A stretch of DNA of 55,282 bases from Paraspadella gotoi. Lineage: Eukaryota; Animalia; Chaetognatha. Below are positions 1 to 13,325 of this stretch, in pieces. Within the stretch, counting starts at the first letter, position 1, and the number at the start of each line of letters is the position of its first letter. Below the pieces are notes generated by a model that saw only the letters and a list, made by a program, of their open reading frames with translations, was not told the origin of the DNA and ran no database searches. The DNA lies in assembly GCA_051294375.1 (NCBI GenBank), contig CM119265.1, positions 25,618,610 through 25,673,891 of the forward strand, in the 5' to 3' direction. Both the position numbers and the translations under genes were made by a program.

Positions 1-649
1 TTTTTTATATTTAAACCTTCCATTCAACTTTCGCCGACTTGGAGAAAATGACTTCGTCGGCTTAATTTTTTTTCTTTTGAAATAATTTCACGATTTGTTG
101 AATCGGAGAAATTCACAGCGAGTGAGACGTTGTTGTGAAGTGGCGAAAATGGGGGAATAGTTTTCGCGTGAAAGCGAAAAAAAAAGCCGATGAAGGAAGA
201 AAGGAAAAAAAGAAAATCCTATTTCCTCTTTGTTTCTCTGTAATCATTTTTTTAAATTTCCTTCCTATCTTCCCTCTTCTTCTATCCCTATTTTCCCCTC
301 TCCCCTCCCCTCCTTTCTTTAATTAGAAAATATTTCCCAAAAAATTTTCTCAAGAAAATCGTGTTTTTGTTTCGCTCGAAAAGTTTGATATTTTAGATTT
401 TTTTTTAGTTTTCAATCTCATTTTTTTTAGGGTTGAGTTAAAATTTTTTTACTTTGGCGTAAACAGAACCCCTAATTAATTCTGACGGGTTGACAACATA
501 AGCGCCTTATTTAAAATTTCTATCTTTTTATCGTTGGAGAGTTTTAAAAACGCTCTTGCTCCGCGCATTAAAAAAACTTGAACGTTTTAAAATAATGAAA
601 AAAAAACATTATCAATAGGGGAGATACTATAAAATGACTGCGGCAGTAA

Positions 650-760
650 CAAGTTACCAACCACAGCGCCCGCACTAAAAAATTCAGCCGCCAACCATTG
701 CAACAAGTTCTTCAGCAGATGGTCGTCAAAATTGTGAAAGATGCAAAAGCGAAAAAGTTT
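650..760. CDS. Possible exon, strand unresolved
   Basis: GC island in AT-rich DNA; + reads RQPLQQVLQQMVVKIVKDAKAK after TTCAG; - reads IFHNFDDHLLKNLLQWLAAEFFSAGAVV before GTAACT. Confidence 0.2.
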
Positions 761-3173
761 ATTAGTTTTTGTTTTCTCTCTTCGTTTTTTTCATTGCGGC
801 AGAAGATGAGAAAAGGAGGGAAGATAAGAAGAAAAGAGTTATTATTATTTTTTCTCTAGAGAAAAGATTTTATAAGCTTTATTCCTTAAGTACGTTTATA
901 GTAATTCTTCGAAAGAGCTTTTTATATTGTTGTTGTTGTTGTTGTTTTCATAACCCACTTTTTATTCTTTGACCATCGCGACCACACCTCGACAATTACC
1001 ACGCCCCCNNNNNNNNNNCGCCGAGATTTTCCGACGAAGAATCTGGGTTGACGTTGATGGCGAATATCGTCGTCGTCGTNNNNNNNNNNNNNNNNNNNNN
1101 NNNNNNNNNNNNNNNNNNNNNNNNNNNNNNNNNNNNNNNNNNNNNNNNNNNNNNNNNNNNNNNNNNNNNNNNNNNNNNNNNNNNNNNNNNNNNNNNNNNN
1201 NNNNNNNNNNNNNNNNNNNNNNNNNNNNNNNNNNNNNNNNNNNNNNNNNNNNNNNNNNNNNNNNNNNNNNNNNNNNNNNNNNNNNNNNNNNNNNNNNNNN
1301 NNNNNNNNNNNNNNNNNNNNNNNNNNNNNNNNNNNNNNNNNNNNNNNNNNNNNNNNNNNNNNNNNNNNNNNNNNNNNNNNNNAAAAAAAATTGAATTCCT
1401 ATTTTCTCTTTTAGTGGCTGACGTTTTTCGTCGTCTTCGTCGTCGTTTTCGTCGTCGTTTTCGTCGTNNNNNNNNNNNNNNNNNNNNNNNNNNNNNNNNN
1501 NNNNNNNNNNNNNNNNNNNNNNNNNNNNNNNNNNNNNNNNNNNNNNNNNNNNNNNNNNNNNNNNNNNNNNNNNNNNNNNNNNNNNNNNNNNNNNNNNNNN
1601 NNNNNNNNNNNNNNNNNNNNNNNNNNNNNNNNNNNNNNNNNNNNNNNNNNNNNNNNNNNNNNNNNNNNNNNNNNNNNNNNNNNNNNNNNNNNNNNNNNNN
1701 NNNNNNNNNNNNNNNNNNNNNNNNNNNNNNNNNNNNNNNNNNNNNNNNNNNNNNNNNNNNNNNNNNNNNNNNNNNNNNNNNNNNNNNNNNNNNNNNNNNN
1801 NNNNNNNNNNNNNNNNNNNNNNNNNATAAGTTCGGATTGTGAGATTCCCAGTTTCATAATCGGGTGAGAAATGGAGAAATCGTTGCGGTTTTGAGATTCG
1901 GGTAAGTTACGACGACGACGACGACGACGACGACAACGACGACGACCCCGCCGGCACAGACGACCACGAAAAAAGGCCGAATTATGTGGCATGATCGGTT
2001 TGTTCCACCAACAATTTAGGTTAATTGGATCGTAAATTTATTTTTTATTCGATCATTTTCATCGAATAAATGTTTTTTTTCGATTCTTTCCTCACCNNNN
2101 NNNNNNNNNNNNNNNNNNNNNNNNNNNNNNNNNNNNNNNNNNNNNNNNNNNNNNNNNNNNNNNNNNNNNNNNNNNNNNNNNNNNNNNNNNNNNNNNNNNN
2201 NNNNNNNNNNNNNNNNNNNNNNNNNNNNNNNNNNNNNNNNNNNNNNNNNNNNNNNNNNNNNNNNNNNNNNNNNNNNNNNNNNNNNNNNNNNNNNNNNNNN
2301 NNNNNNNNNNNNNNNNNNNNNNNNNNNNNNNNNNNNNNNNNNNNNNNNNNNNNNNNNNNNNNNNNNNNNNNNNNNNNNNNNNNNNNNNNNNNNNNNNNNN
2401 NNNNNNNNNNNNNNNNNNNNNNNNNNNNNNGCGTCTTTTAATTAAAACAAAAAAAGGAGGAGCGATTATTACTATTACAAGCAATATAACGATTTTGATT
2501 GGTCACGCGATTCTGGATATATAGAGGGACTTTTATTTGTTTAATATTTTTTTTTATTTTGTTGTTGTTGTCGTAGTTTCTTTTATTTTGTTTTTTTGAA
2601 GAAATGTTTTTGTTTCATAGTATTTTTATTTGTTTGTCTACTGCTGTCTATACTGTGATATGAGATCGAAATTGCTCTTTCGTCAAATCTTTGTGTCCGC
2701 CTCCCGTCACGATAAAAATTCCATTATTGACTCAATTACCGCCCAATTTTCTTCGCCTCCGCGTCGGACCCATTTTCGCCATGGCCTTGNNNNNNNNNNN
2801 NNNNNNNNNNNNNNNNNNNNNNNNNNNNNNNNNNNNNNNNNNNNNNNNNNNNNNNNNNNNNNNNNNNNNNNNNNNNNNNNNNNNNNNNNNNNNNNNNNNN
2901 NNNNNNNNNNNNNNNNNNNNNNNNNNNNNNNNNNNNNNNNNNNNNNNNNNNNNNNNNNNNNNNNNNNNNNNNNNNNNNNNNNNNNNNNNNNNNNNNNNNN
3001 NNNNNNNNNNNNNNNNNNNNNNNNNNNNNNNNNNNTTTTGCCTCCGAAACCAGAAATTCCTTTCATTTCTCTCTTTTTCTATATTTGCCTCTTTTTCCTT
3101 CTTCGTCCAGAATTTTTTCCTCTCTTTCGCGTCCGAGTCGCACGCGAACGACCGTACACGCGGTGCATGCAAT

Positions 3174-3183
3174 GTCACGTGAC
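3174..3183. promoter_or_regulatory. Palindromic E-box GTCACGTGAC (USF/TFE-type)
   Basis: Exact 10-bp palindrome in a CpG-rich patch; similar TCACGTGA cores near 5891 and 41496. Confidence 0.2.
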
Positions 3184-3559
3184 GATTTTCGCACGCAGGA
3201 GTCGCATGTACGCTCTCTCTGTATTTCGATGTTTCCGCTCTAACGTGTTAATATGAGGAATAAGAAATTAAGAATTGGACATAGAAAACTGAAAAACTTT
3301 GGAATTATTATGAGTCTGGTATTTTAGAGTAATAATATAGTAATAATATTGTCTTTTTCAAGGAATAATTATTTAATTAACGTCATGATTTTCTCGCCAT
3401 AATTACAATTTCTCTGTAAAACTAATGATTATTTCAAGTTCAAATGTCTGCTATTTCATTCGCCCTTCCACTTTCCCTCCTTTTCCATGTCTATCTTGTT
3501 GCCTTTTCCGATATTCAAGTCATCCTCCCTATCCCCCCGTCCTCTTCCATGTCCTTCTT

Positions 3560-3806
3560 CCGCCTCTTCCATGCCCCTCGCATGTTCCGACCATGTCGCA
3601 TTCTTGTCGCATCGAATTCATCGATTTTCTACTTCGACCCAAAATGTCAACTCGAAAGATTCTGGTTTCGAGACTGGCGCCGCATTTCCTGCGCTGCTGT
3701 TACATCGGCTGCCGCGGATCTCTGCGTTGCTGCTTTTCCTAACGCAGCTGGTCGAATCGCGGTCCGTACGGCCGTCGCGTCCGTCTATGACTCGGACAGT
3801 CGGACT
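3560..3806 (-). CDS. Possible exon
   Basis: GC-rich complex sequence after a minus-strand TTCTCAG acceptor; two partly open frames, no recognisable domain. Confidence 0.2.
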
Positions 3807-3900
3807 GAGAATCGAATTAATCCCAAAATATTTTGCATCGAGAAAGATTTAGCCGCGCGAACTTGAATCTCAACGTCAGAGTTTACGGTGCGACGAAAGC

Positions 3901-3985
3901 GCCGTGACTTTTCGGTGCCTCGTCTTTCCGGTGCCATGATTTACGGTGCCAAGACTTTTCCGTGCCACGACTTTCAAGCGCCGCG
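3901..3985. repeat. Degenerate 16-bp tandem repeat (GACTTTTCGGTGCCAC-like) x~5
   Basis: (C)GGTGCC/CGTGCC/AGCGCC recur every 15-17 bp. Confidence 0.8.
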
Positions 3986-5984
3986 AAAAGAGACATCTTT
4001 GTTTGATGATCACGGATGCGATTTTTGTGGAGGGAAATTATGTCACCAGGACTGAGGATGAATGATAAGAGAAAAGATGATAACGACGACGATGATGACG
4101 ACTATGACGACGACGAGGGTGATGACGAAGTGATGAGCGGAGGTTTTCCGTTAAATAAATAGAATAATAACAAACAGCAATGTTTATAAACCAATATTGA
4201 TTGTTTATATTTTTAAACACTTTTACAAAAGGNNNNNNNNNNNNNNNNNNNNNNNNNNNNNNNNNNNNNNNNNNNNNNACGACGACGTTAACGACCACCT
4301 TGACGACGGCAATAACGAACCCGATAATAACAACAACGACAACAACCACGACGACAACGACAACGGACGAATAGACGATAAAGATTAACTTTTTTTGCGT
4401 CGAAGCAAAAAATTGGAATCAAGTTTCGCGAAATTCGAGATAAAGNNNNNNNNNNNNNNNNNNNNNNNNNNNNNNNNNNNNNNNNNNNNNNNNNNNNNNN
4501 NNNNNNNNNNNNNNNNNNNNNNNNNNNNNNNNNNNNNNNNNNNNNNNNNNNNNNNNNNNNNNNNNNNNNNNNNNNNNNNNNNNNNNNNNNNNNNNNNNNN
4601 NNNNNNNNNNNNNNNNNNNNNNNNNNNNNNNNNNNNNNNNNNNNNNNNNNNNNNNNNNNNNNNNNNNNNNNNNNNNNNNNNNNNNNNNNNNNNNNNNNNN
4701 NNNNNNNNNNNNNNNNNNNNNNNNNNNNNNNNNNNNNNNNNNNNNNNNNNNNNNNNNNNNNCGATGATGAAGACGACAACGACGACGATGATGAAGACGA
4801 CAATGACAACGACGACAACGATGAAGAACAGTACAATGACGACGATGACAATGACAACGACGATGACGANNNNNNNNNNNNNNNNNNNNNNNNNNNNNNN
4901 NNNNNNNNNNNNNNNNNNNNNNNNNNNNNNNNNNNNNNNNNNNNNNNNNNNNNNNNNNNNNNNNNNNNNNNNNNNNNNNNNNNNNNNNNNNNNNNNNNNN
5001 NNNNNNNNNNNNNNNNNNNNNNNNNNTAAAAGTGAACAAAATCCTAGTCTGAAATACAGTAAACGCGATTCAACGTCGCTACAGTTCGAACTTTTTCCAT
5101 CTTTTGTTTTTCGATTCAATTTGACGTCGATTTTTCTTTTTCCGCTTCGACGACGACGACGACGNNNNNNNNNNCGACGACGACGACGAATTTTTTCTTC
5201 TCCATCAAATTTAGTTGATGTTTTTTTTCGGACTCTAATTCGAGTTTTGCGTGGGAGGAGGAGGAGGAGGAGGAGGAGGGGGAGGAGGAAGAGGAGGGGA
5301 GGGGAGGGAGGGGGTCATTTCAAAGTTTGAGGATCAGAAAGTCTAGACTCAGTTTGACCCTCGATGCCATAATTCCATTTATCAATTCTCCCCACTCACT
5401 AAAATCCACAATGCGTTTCATATTCTGAAAAATTGTCATCTCAACAACAAAGTCAATTCAGCTCTTTATGTGAAATTAATTCTAGTCCGCTTGACTGTGG
5501 TTTTTATTTTAAATATTATTCGAGTACTATTTTTCCCCGTTACAATAAAGAAGAAACCCATGATAAAAATAAATAGTTGTCGTCAGTAATTTTATAATAT
5601 TTAAACGAATTTAAAAGAGAATAAAAACATGACTTATTATCTTCGATTCAAATCTTAACTCGTACGTTTGAATTTGTAAACGGGTGACCAAAACAGTCGC
5701 ACGAAATCGATTTGTGATTCGACGTCAGATCTTTTCACAATCGTACAACCCCATACCCCTCTCGTTTAATTAAAAATTAAATACTTAAACGAGAGTATTA
5801 CCAATTTAAAAATGATTATAGTAATACCATTAAGAGTTTTTATTAGCCTACGTTTTTGAGGTTCAAATATTTCGCGCCGCTTTCGTCGAATCACGTGATT
5901 CATTTTCAAGGTTAATTCTCGTGATCACATTTTTAAAAAATAAAAATTGCGTGACGAGAATCGTAATCATCATCGTCATCGTCG

Positions 5985-6015
<31 letters not shown>

Positions 6016-7113
6016 TAACGGTTAAACAGGCCGCCCCCCACGAAATATTTACACCGGGAAATTTTTGAAAAATCAAAATTTGAAAAAAAAAAAATTAGGG
6101 AAAAATCTTTAAAAGATTTTTATAAATTGAAACCGGGTTCATTGATGATATCTGTGTGAGGCGAATTTTAAAACCCACTCATCATCTTTCTCTGATATTT
6201 TCATAATTTTTCACGATTTTATTGAAAAATCTGTTTTTCAGTCCTCGTGCCAAAACGAACAAAACATAGAAATACGAACTCACGCACGATCACGCGAAAA
6301 AAAAATATTGATGGTAATTGAAAAAATGGTCAGAGAGAAATTCGAATCTCCGGGGAAAGGGAATAACTCGGAAAAATTGTATTTTGATGGGAGAGGGAGA
6401 AAAAAAAAGGGAGAGATGATGATATGATTTGATAAGATATTACTAAAAACGCCCGGGATGAGGAGAGAAACAGCCCTTAAGGGCGATCCTATTTTGCGGG
6501 CCCTCCTAGGGGTCTTATTCGCCCAAAAATAAAAACTTTGTGCGCGCCCCCGGCGGTGTTCTTACGCTTAACTTTATACTTAAAAATCTATCGATTTGTA
6601 AAAGTATCAAAGTAATTTTTAAAAAAATACTAGGGGTATTGAAAAAATACTTAGGGTTATCCTAACTTGACAATACATTAAAAAAAAAAAAAGCGAGGCC
6701 CCCGCGGGGTTCTTACCGCCAAAACTACTATCACTATTTCTATTCAGAGTATTTTGTCCACCAATTTACTTGCCTTTCTACTCTTTTAGTATTTTACTAC
6801 ATCTACCAGATGAGCAACGTTTATTTGATATTAATTCGGTACGAAACAATTGATTAGAAAGGTGTTATTCAGTGTTTCAATAAACGAAATTTTAAATAAC
6901 AGATAACTGTTATTTAAAAGGGAGAGAGAGAGAGCGAGAGAGGGAGGAGATTTTTTTTTTATAGAGAGATGGGAGAGAGAGCGAGAGAGAAGATTAGAGA
7001 GTTGGTGAGAGAGAGAGAGAGACGACAGACAGAAGACAGGGGGGGGATAGGATGAAAACCAGAAAAAACCCCAAAGGGGACAGACAGACGATTACAGAAT
7101 GTCAGAGAAGATT

Positions 7114-8432
7114 TAGGGGAAGTAAGAAATGAATAGAATAACTTAGAACTCAGACGTTTTACTAACTCATTAGCCCTATTAGGTCATGATAAAAAAAGAA
7201 TCCCCAAAATTAAGTTGAAATGACGTATTACTAATACTATTTGCCTCTCGAAATGACAACTCAAAAACGACTTCATGGACTCAAGAGATAAATCCTCAGT
7301 TTTATCGAGGAAAAATGCGAGGATTCGAGCGATAAAAGGACAAAGACGAAAGACCAAAGGTTGAATCAAATATATTAATGACCGAATTTCCTCTTGAGGA
7401 CGTGAGTAACTTTACGCGAGATATGTGAGAGGGCAAACATGTTCATCGGTCAGAAGTTCATTAGGCAAACCCGTCCATCGGACAGATTCTGAGAGGCAAA
7501 CCCGTCCTTGGACAGAAGCAACGTGTCTGACAAATGAAGTTGATTGAATGAACCTTTTTTTCTTTTGACGAAAAAAAAAAAACAGAGGGGGAAAATGGAT
7601 GTTCCGTTGCCGGCCGAACTTCGTCGGTCACGCCACGAAACGTGTTTGGGTCACGCCTCCGATTGACGTGGCGCCACGATTGACTTGGCGCCACGACTGA
7701 CTTTGGCCGCCACGGTGGCGAGACGGACGTTTTTTGACGCCGGCGAGAAAAAAACAAGTTGTCGTTAAGTTGGTCGTCCGTCGTCGTTTCGTACTACTAC
7801 AATCCGACTTTTTTTCCTACCTACACTATTTTTATCGACGAATTACGAAACTTTGTATTCCAACGCGATTTATATCTGCTCTGTTTAACTCTGCTGCCCC
7901 TAGCGGCGATAATTGATACGGAAATATAAAATGGAGACGAAATAAAATAATCTTACATTGTCTTTCTATTCGCATTCTTTTTTTTTTTGTAATTTTAAAT
8001 ACCTTTTTTTTCCCCGTTTAGTGGGTTTTAATTTCTAGTGACAACTGATGATAACTGTCATCGCTTTTTGAATTAAAAGGATGGACTCTGTTTGTTTTTG
8101 CTTTTTTTTTTTTTTTGACTTTTTTTAATTTTTTCTTTCAGTTTCGTTTAAGTATTTTTTTTTACCATTCTAAACTCTTTTGCCTAAAACTCTCATCTTT
8201 CAACGAATGAAAATAAAAACGAAATCTTCGTCGTTATTTTTTTTCTTTTTTAAAAGAAAAAAAGCAAGAGAGGGAAAAAAAGGAAAAAAAAAGAAAAAAA
8301 TAACTAGAGTCGTTTCGTTCGGATTCAAAAAAAGAAAGAAAGAAGAAAGGAAAAGAAAAGGTTAAATTTTTTTTTTCCTTTTCTTTCAATTTCTCTTAAT
8401 TTTAATTGAAATTTCTTCTCTCTCCTTCTCTC

Positions 8433-8485
<53 letters not shown>

Positions 8486-8954
8486 TCAAGCGAATTGAAT
8501 ATTGTCTCTTCCGTTTATTAGAGGGAGAGAGAAGAAAGGGGGAGGAAGAAGGAGAGAAAGAGAGAGGAGAGAGAGGAGGGAGAGAGAAGACAGGAGAGAG
8601 ATGTGAGAGAGATAGAGAGAGAGAGGAATTAAAAATAGAAATAAATGTTTTCTGAGTAAACTAATCAAACTTTCTCCTTCAAACTCTTTCGATCCAAAGG
8701 CGACAATAGTCTTTTTGTTTTTTCCCGTCGATTTGCTTGTTGTTGTTGTCATTTATGTTCGTGACGCGTCGCTTTGCACTCAATATCCTTTTTTTACTTT
8801 TTAATTCTTATGTTTTTAACTTTCTTTTTTTATTTTCTCTTTCTTTTCTTTTTTCTTTTTTCTGTAATATTTTTTCTCTCTCTCTCAGTTGAGTCGAAAA
8901 GTTAAATTATATTTTCCCTTAATAAATCCTCGTTGTTCCATCGACGCCTTTTTG
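7114..8954 (+). repeat. Segment A, copy 1 (direct copy at 14099-15908)
   Basis: TAGGGGAAGTAAGAAATGAA...TCCATCGACGCCTTTTTG matches 14099-15908 colinearly, with mostly 1-bp indel differences. Confidence 0.95.
7661..7720. repeat. 17-bp tandem repeat GAYTGACTTGGCGCCAC x3 (also at 14642-14699)
   Basis: Directly visible; ends in the near-palindrome CGCCACGGTGGCG. Confidence 0.85.
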
Positions 8955-8991
8955 GAATATATTACTGAGAGAGAGAGAGAGAGGAGAGAGA

Positions 8992-9067
<76 letters not shown>

Positions 9068-10022
9068 TTCAATCTCCCCTTTTGTTTATTAGTTAATACG
9101 AAAATTTTTTTTCCGATCATTAACGATTATTCAGTCCACCGAGTTTAATATATTTATAGACGTTCTCGTTGAAAGTGAACCGACGTTAGTTAACTGGACA
9201 TGTCTCATGTCTGTCTTAAAACATCTCTTTATCAAATCGGTTAAAAATATTGAATCCTGGGAAAAAACTTAAAGAAAAAAAAAAGAGAATGAGAACGGAT
9301 CCGGTATAAAAGCAGCGGAACAAAAAAACAAAAACAAAAATAAACAAACAAAACAAAAACAAACAAAGCAAATAAAATAAAACAAACCATCTCACTCTGA
9401 GAATCCCCCCCCACCTGTTGATTACAAGTTGGTGACTCGCGAGGCGGGGTTTGCTAATGGAAACGACGACGGGGGCGTCAAACGTTTTTGGCGAGCGGTG
9501 ACCAGTGAAAACTCCCCGCGGACCGTGAGAGAGAGAGAGAGAGAGAGAGAGAAGTAGAGAGAGAGAGAGAAAGAGACCAGAGCGAGAGCGAGTGAATGCA
9601 ATGCCATGACAGACGGCTTAGCAGACAGAAGGACGTGAAAGGAACGTGGAAAAAAAAAGGTTGAAAAAAAAAAGCCGGGAAAAAAGGAAAGGGCCAAAAA
9701 AAAAAAAGAGGAGGAGAAGAGTAAAACGGAGGGAAAGATAGTGGAGGAAAGAGAGTGGAGGAAGGAAAGCAAGAGGAGGAACGAGAGGCGGCGAGGACAA
9801 AGAGGAGGGGAGAGACATTAAACGGTTTGTAATGGAAGGTTGATTGAATAAAAGGGAATATCGCTCTCGAAGACAAATTTGCGGAGGAAAGGAAGGTACG
9901 TGTGAAGAGGAAAGGAACAGGAGAGAAGGAGGAAAAATAGAGGAAAGCGGAAGAAAGAGGATGGTAGAAGAAGAAAATAAAGAAAGGAAAAGAGAGAGGA
10001 GAGAGAGAGAGAGAGAGAGAGT

Positions 10023-10054
<32 letters not shown>

Positions 10055-10117
10055 AGGTTCTAACCATAGAAATTCAGTCCCCGGGAGGTTGTTTACTAAA
10101 TAAAGAGAGAGGAAGAG

Positions 10118-10160
<43 letters not shown>

Positions 10161-10648
10161 AGAGAGCCCGCCGACACGACAACAATTTGAATTAAAACCA
10201 AAAAAGTGTAAGAACAATATGGCGACGAAACGACGATGAGAAGGATCACGACAGCGACAGCGACGACGACGACGAACGCAACGACCCACCGCTGATTCTT
10301 GAAAATTTTGGGCGCGGCAAGTTAAATAAAATCAAGTTGAAGGAAATATAATGAAAGAGAAGCGGAAAAATAAAAGTGGGTTCTTTGTGACGAGAGTGGG
10401 TTGATGGAAGGGCGAGTGGAATCGGAGTGGACGAGGGGCTAAGGTGTTGTAGGGCGGGGGTGGCGGGGGTGGTGAGGATCGGGAACACGGGGGCAAGTCG
10501 CAAGGTGAGGCAAAGCGAACGCAAGCCTCTGGAAAATTCGAAGGTCGAGGAGTGAAAGTGAGAAAGGAGAGAAGAGGAGGGTAAGTGCGAAAGGGTAGGG
10601 GTTTAAAATCGGTGGAACGCGAGATTAAGGAAGGCGGGCGAGTCTTAC

Positions 10649-10707
10649 CATTGTGATGGAAACGGAATTTTCATGGGTCGAGACGAGATTCGAACGCAAG
10701 GGAACGC
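10649..10707 (-). CDS. Possible small exon
   Basis: Minus strand CCCCTTCTTTTAG acceptor and ATG|GTAAGA donor; frame unknown. Confidence 0.2.
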
Positions 10708-12159
10708 CTAAAAGAAGGGGAAATGTCGAAAGGTCAAAAAAGTTGAGGGGCGAAAATGAAGAAGAATGAGTGGAGGAGGAGGAGGAGAGGAGGGAACGAC
10801 GACGACGACGACGACCTGAAATCTCCAAACATCCTCGAGTCGACCGGAAAAGGCCGCAGAGGACGGTGAAAGACCAGCGGTGACCAAAGCAGTGATCAGC
10901 GGTGACCAGCGAGAACAAAGAGAAAAGGTTTGGGGTCTGAATTTCGAACTCGAAACTTTTTTTTTGGGTAAAAATCCGACGCTTCATTTGTCTTCTTTTG
11001 TTGAGTCAGGTTCGTGGCGTGAATTTTAACGAGGAATTTGAAATACTATTTTTATTGTATTAAACGAATCTAGTCGGTTGACTTTAGGCGCCTCTTCGAT
11101 GAATGGCGGAAACTTGAAAGTCATTCCTAATTTTCTTTTTCTCCACTTCCTCACTTCCTCACTTCCCTCACTTCCTTCACCATTCCCTCACATTCTCTTT
11201 TTATCCCTTTTTTCAATTATCGGTCTCTCTTCTTTCTTTTTCAATACAGCTTCTTCTTTTCTCTCTCTGCTTTCTCCATTTCTTCTTTTCTCTCTCTCTC
11301 TCGCCTCTTTTTTCTTCTTTACTGTATTACCACGCATCTCAACGACTTTCTCTCTCCCTTCTCCTACTCCTACTTCCTCCTTTCTCTTTCCCCACTTCCT
11401 CCCTCTCTCCACGTCTCTCCTTCCCCCTTCCTCCCTCGTCTCTGACTACACAAGACGAATCTATGTTAACGACAATAACTTAAAAATTTCCAGACTCGAA
11501 ATTTGTGCTTTTTTTCTTTTTTTTTTTGAACCAAAAACTCGTAAATTTTGGTCCGCGCCGTTTCCTAATTATTTTAACCGACTTCTGTGCAACGTCTCTG
11601 CTCTCTGCTCCTCTCTCTCTCATCTCTTTTCTCTCTCGTCTTCCTCTCTCCTCTCTCCTCCTCTCACTCTCTCTCTCTCTCTCTCTTCTTTCAATTCCCT
11701 CCGAAACCAAGAAAGCTTCCTTGTTTTTTTAATCACCGACTTTTTAATCACTGCTGCTTCTAAGTTTTCAAACTTTTAACTTTAAAATCTTTCGAGTTAA
11801 GAGTCGCTCTTTTTTTTTTTTCTTTCTTTTTTAACGCCCGAAATTAGATTAGGAAAACGGTTAAAAACTTAAAAACTTTTCCCCGAGATTTAAATTTGAA
11901 AAGTTAATTAAGTTAACTAGAAAAGTCGGTTAAAAAAAAATAACACGTTGAAAAAAAAAAAAAAAATGGTGAAAAGTTGAAACTTACGAGAAAAGCAATA
12001 GCGCGATAAAATTAAGCAATACGAAGCAAGCAAAAATAAAGCAAAAAACCAAAAGAAATCCGGTCCCGACACTTTATTAACCTCGCCCGTTGAGGGTAAG
12101 GCTCGGGTTAAGATTTAAAGTAAGGTAAAGAAGTGAGGATCTTAGATTTTCTTTTTCAG

Positions 12160-12198
12160 TCCAGCTGCTTTCATCCACCTGGAGATGTCAGCTACGAA
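12160..12198 (+). CDS. Candidate small exon
   Basis: TTTTCTTTTTCAG acceptor; GTAGGG donor (GAG|GTAGGG in the inverted copy near 19000). Confidence 0.3.
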
Positions 12199-12348
12199 GT
12201 AGGGATTCGCTCCTCTCTATCTCTGTCTCTATCTCAAAAATTGTAATATAAAAAACATTTCTGACAACTAAAAAGGACATCACTCTCTCTCTCTCTCTTT
12301 ATCTTTCTCTCCTTCTGTCTCTGTTCTCTCTCTCCTCGTCTCTCTCTC

Positions 12349-12397
<49 letters not shown>

Positions 12398-12443
12398 GGG
12401 AATTAGTTTCTAAAACCTTTTTCTTTGTTTTTATTGCCACCAG

Positions 12444-12576
12444 AAAGAGGGCCGTTGGAACTGGACGAAGTCGGAATCAGTTCATTGAGCCAAACCTCGA
12501 GAGGTTAGAAATGATGAGAGGGCGGTGGGAGAGACGAGCGGCAGCGGCATTGAAGGAAGAAAAATGGAGATGAATG
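12444..12576 (+). CDS. Candidate coding exon (cleaner in the inverted copy at about 18556-18690)
   Basis: Pyrimidine tract with CCAG acceptor; the inverted copy has two open frames (GAVGTETKSDQFIEPKPREVGTDERALERRAAAALEGENWDEW or PLELRRSRISSLSQNLERLELMRGRWRDERQRHWKERIGMN) ending at a GG|GTAAGG donor. Confidence 0.35.
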
Positions 12577-13283
12577 GTAATAGGACAGATGGGTATCGGT
12601 AAGTACAAGAAGGGTGAGGTGTCCGTCGATGTTAAAAACTACATTAAGTGTAAAGTATTTAGTTAGAGTTCTTAGAACTTTTTGTAAGATCATAAGAAAG
12701 TAAAGAATCTAAAAAAATCTTTAAAGAGGTTTGTAACATAAGTTAAAGTAGATTGACGACATTATATCTAAATACAATGCATCATAATCTTCATTATATC
12801 CATAACCGAGTCATAATGCGTAATGTTACTTGAAAGAATTGATCCAAATTAAAGTTCGAAATCTACGCCAGTAGGAAACCGTTTAATACTAAATAGTGAA
12901 TTTCGGTTTGCGGATCCCATTTACGGTTTTTAAAATTCGTATTTCATTTTGGCTCAAAACAAAATCGTGAGAATTTTGACTTTTTAAAACTAATCGCACA
13001 ATATAATTATCGTTGGCGAAATTTCGTTCCCTTTTTTTAATCTGTTTTTCGTTGGCGAAAACGAGATTTTTTTGTGGAAATTTTAGCCCCAATCCACTTT
13101 TTTCAAGTCACGTTCAATCGCCGAGAGATGTCGCTTCTTCGTCAACGAAGTCAAACAAAAAGACAACGAAATGAAAACAATCAAAAACTGGAATTTTGAG
13201 AAAAAGAAAAACAAAAAAAAAAGTAGAAGAAGAAGATTTTGAAAAAAATAAAGAAAACAACAGAGAGCGAATTGAAGAAGATT

Positions 13284-13325
13284 GAGAGTCTGAGAGTCTG
13301 AGAGTCCTGAGAGTCTGAGAGTCTC
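13284..13325. repeat. 8-bp repeat (TGAGAGTC)x5
   Basis: Directly visible; about x4 in the inverted copy at 17866-17898. Confidence 0.85.

Noticed and set aside
634-764. TAA/TAG-as-Gln alternative code (MTAAVTSYQPQRPH*KIQPP..., similar read-through at 43062)
   Set aside because: Other frames are open under the standard code, and there is no conserved protein here to test stop reassignment
969-5330. ORFs spanning N runs, and ERER/LSLS ORFs throughout the window
   Set aside because: They are made of gaps or GA/TC microsatellites
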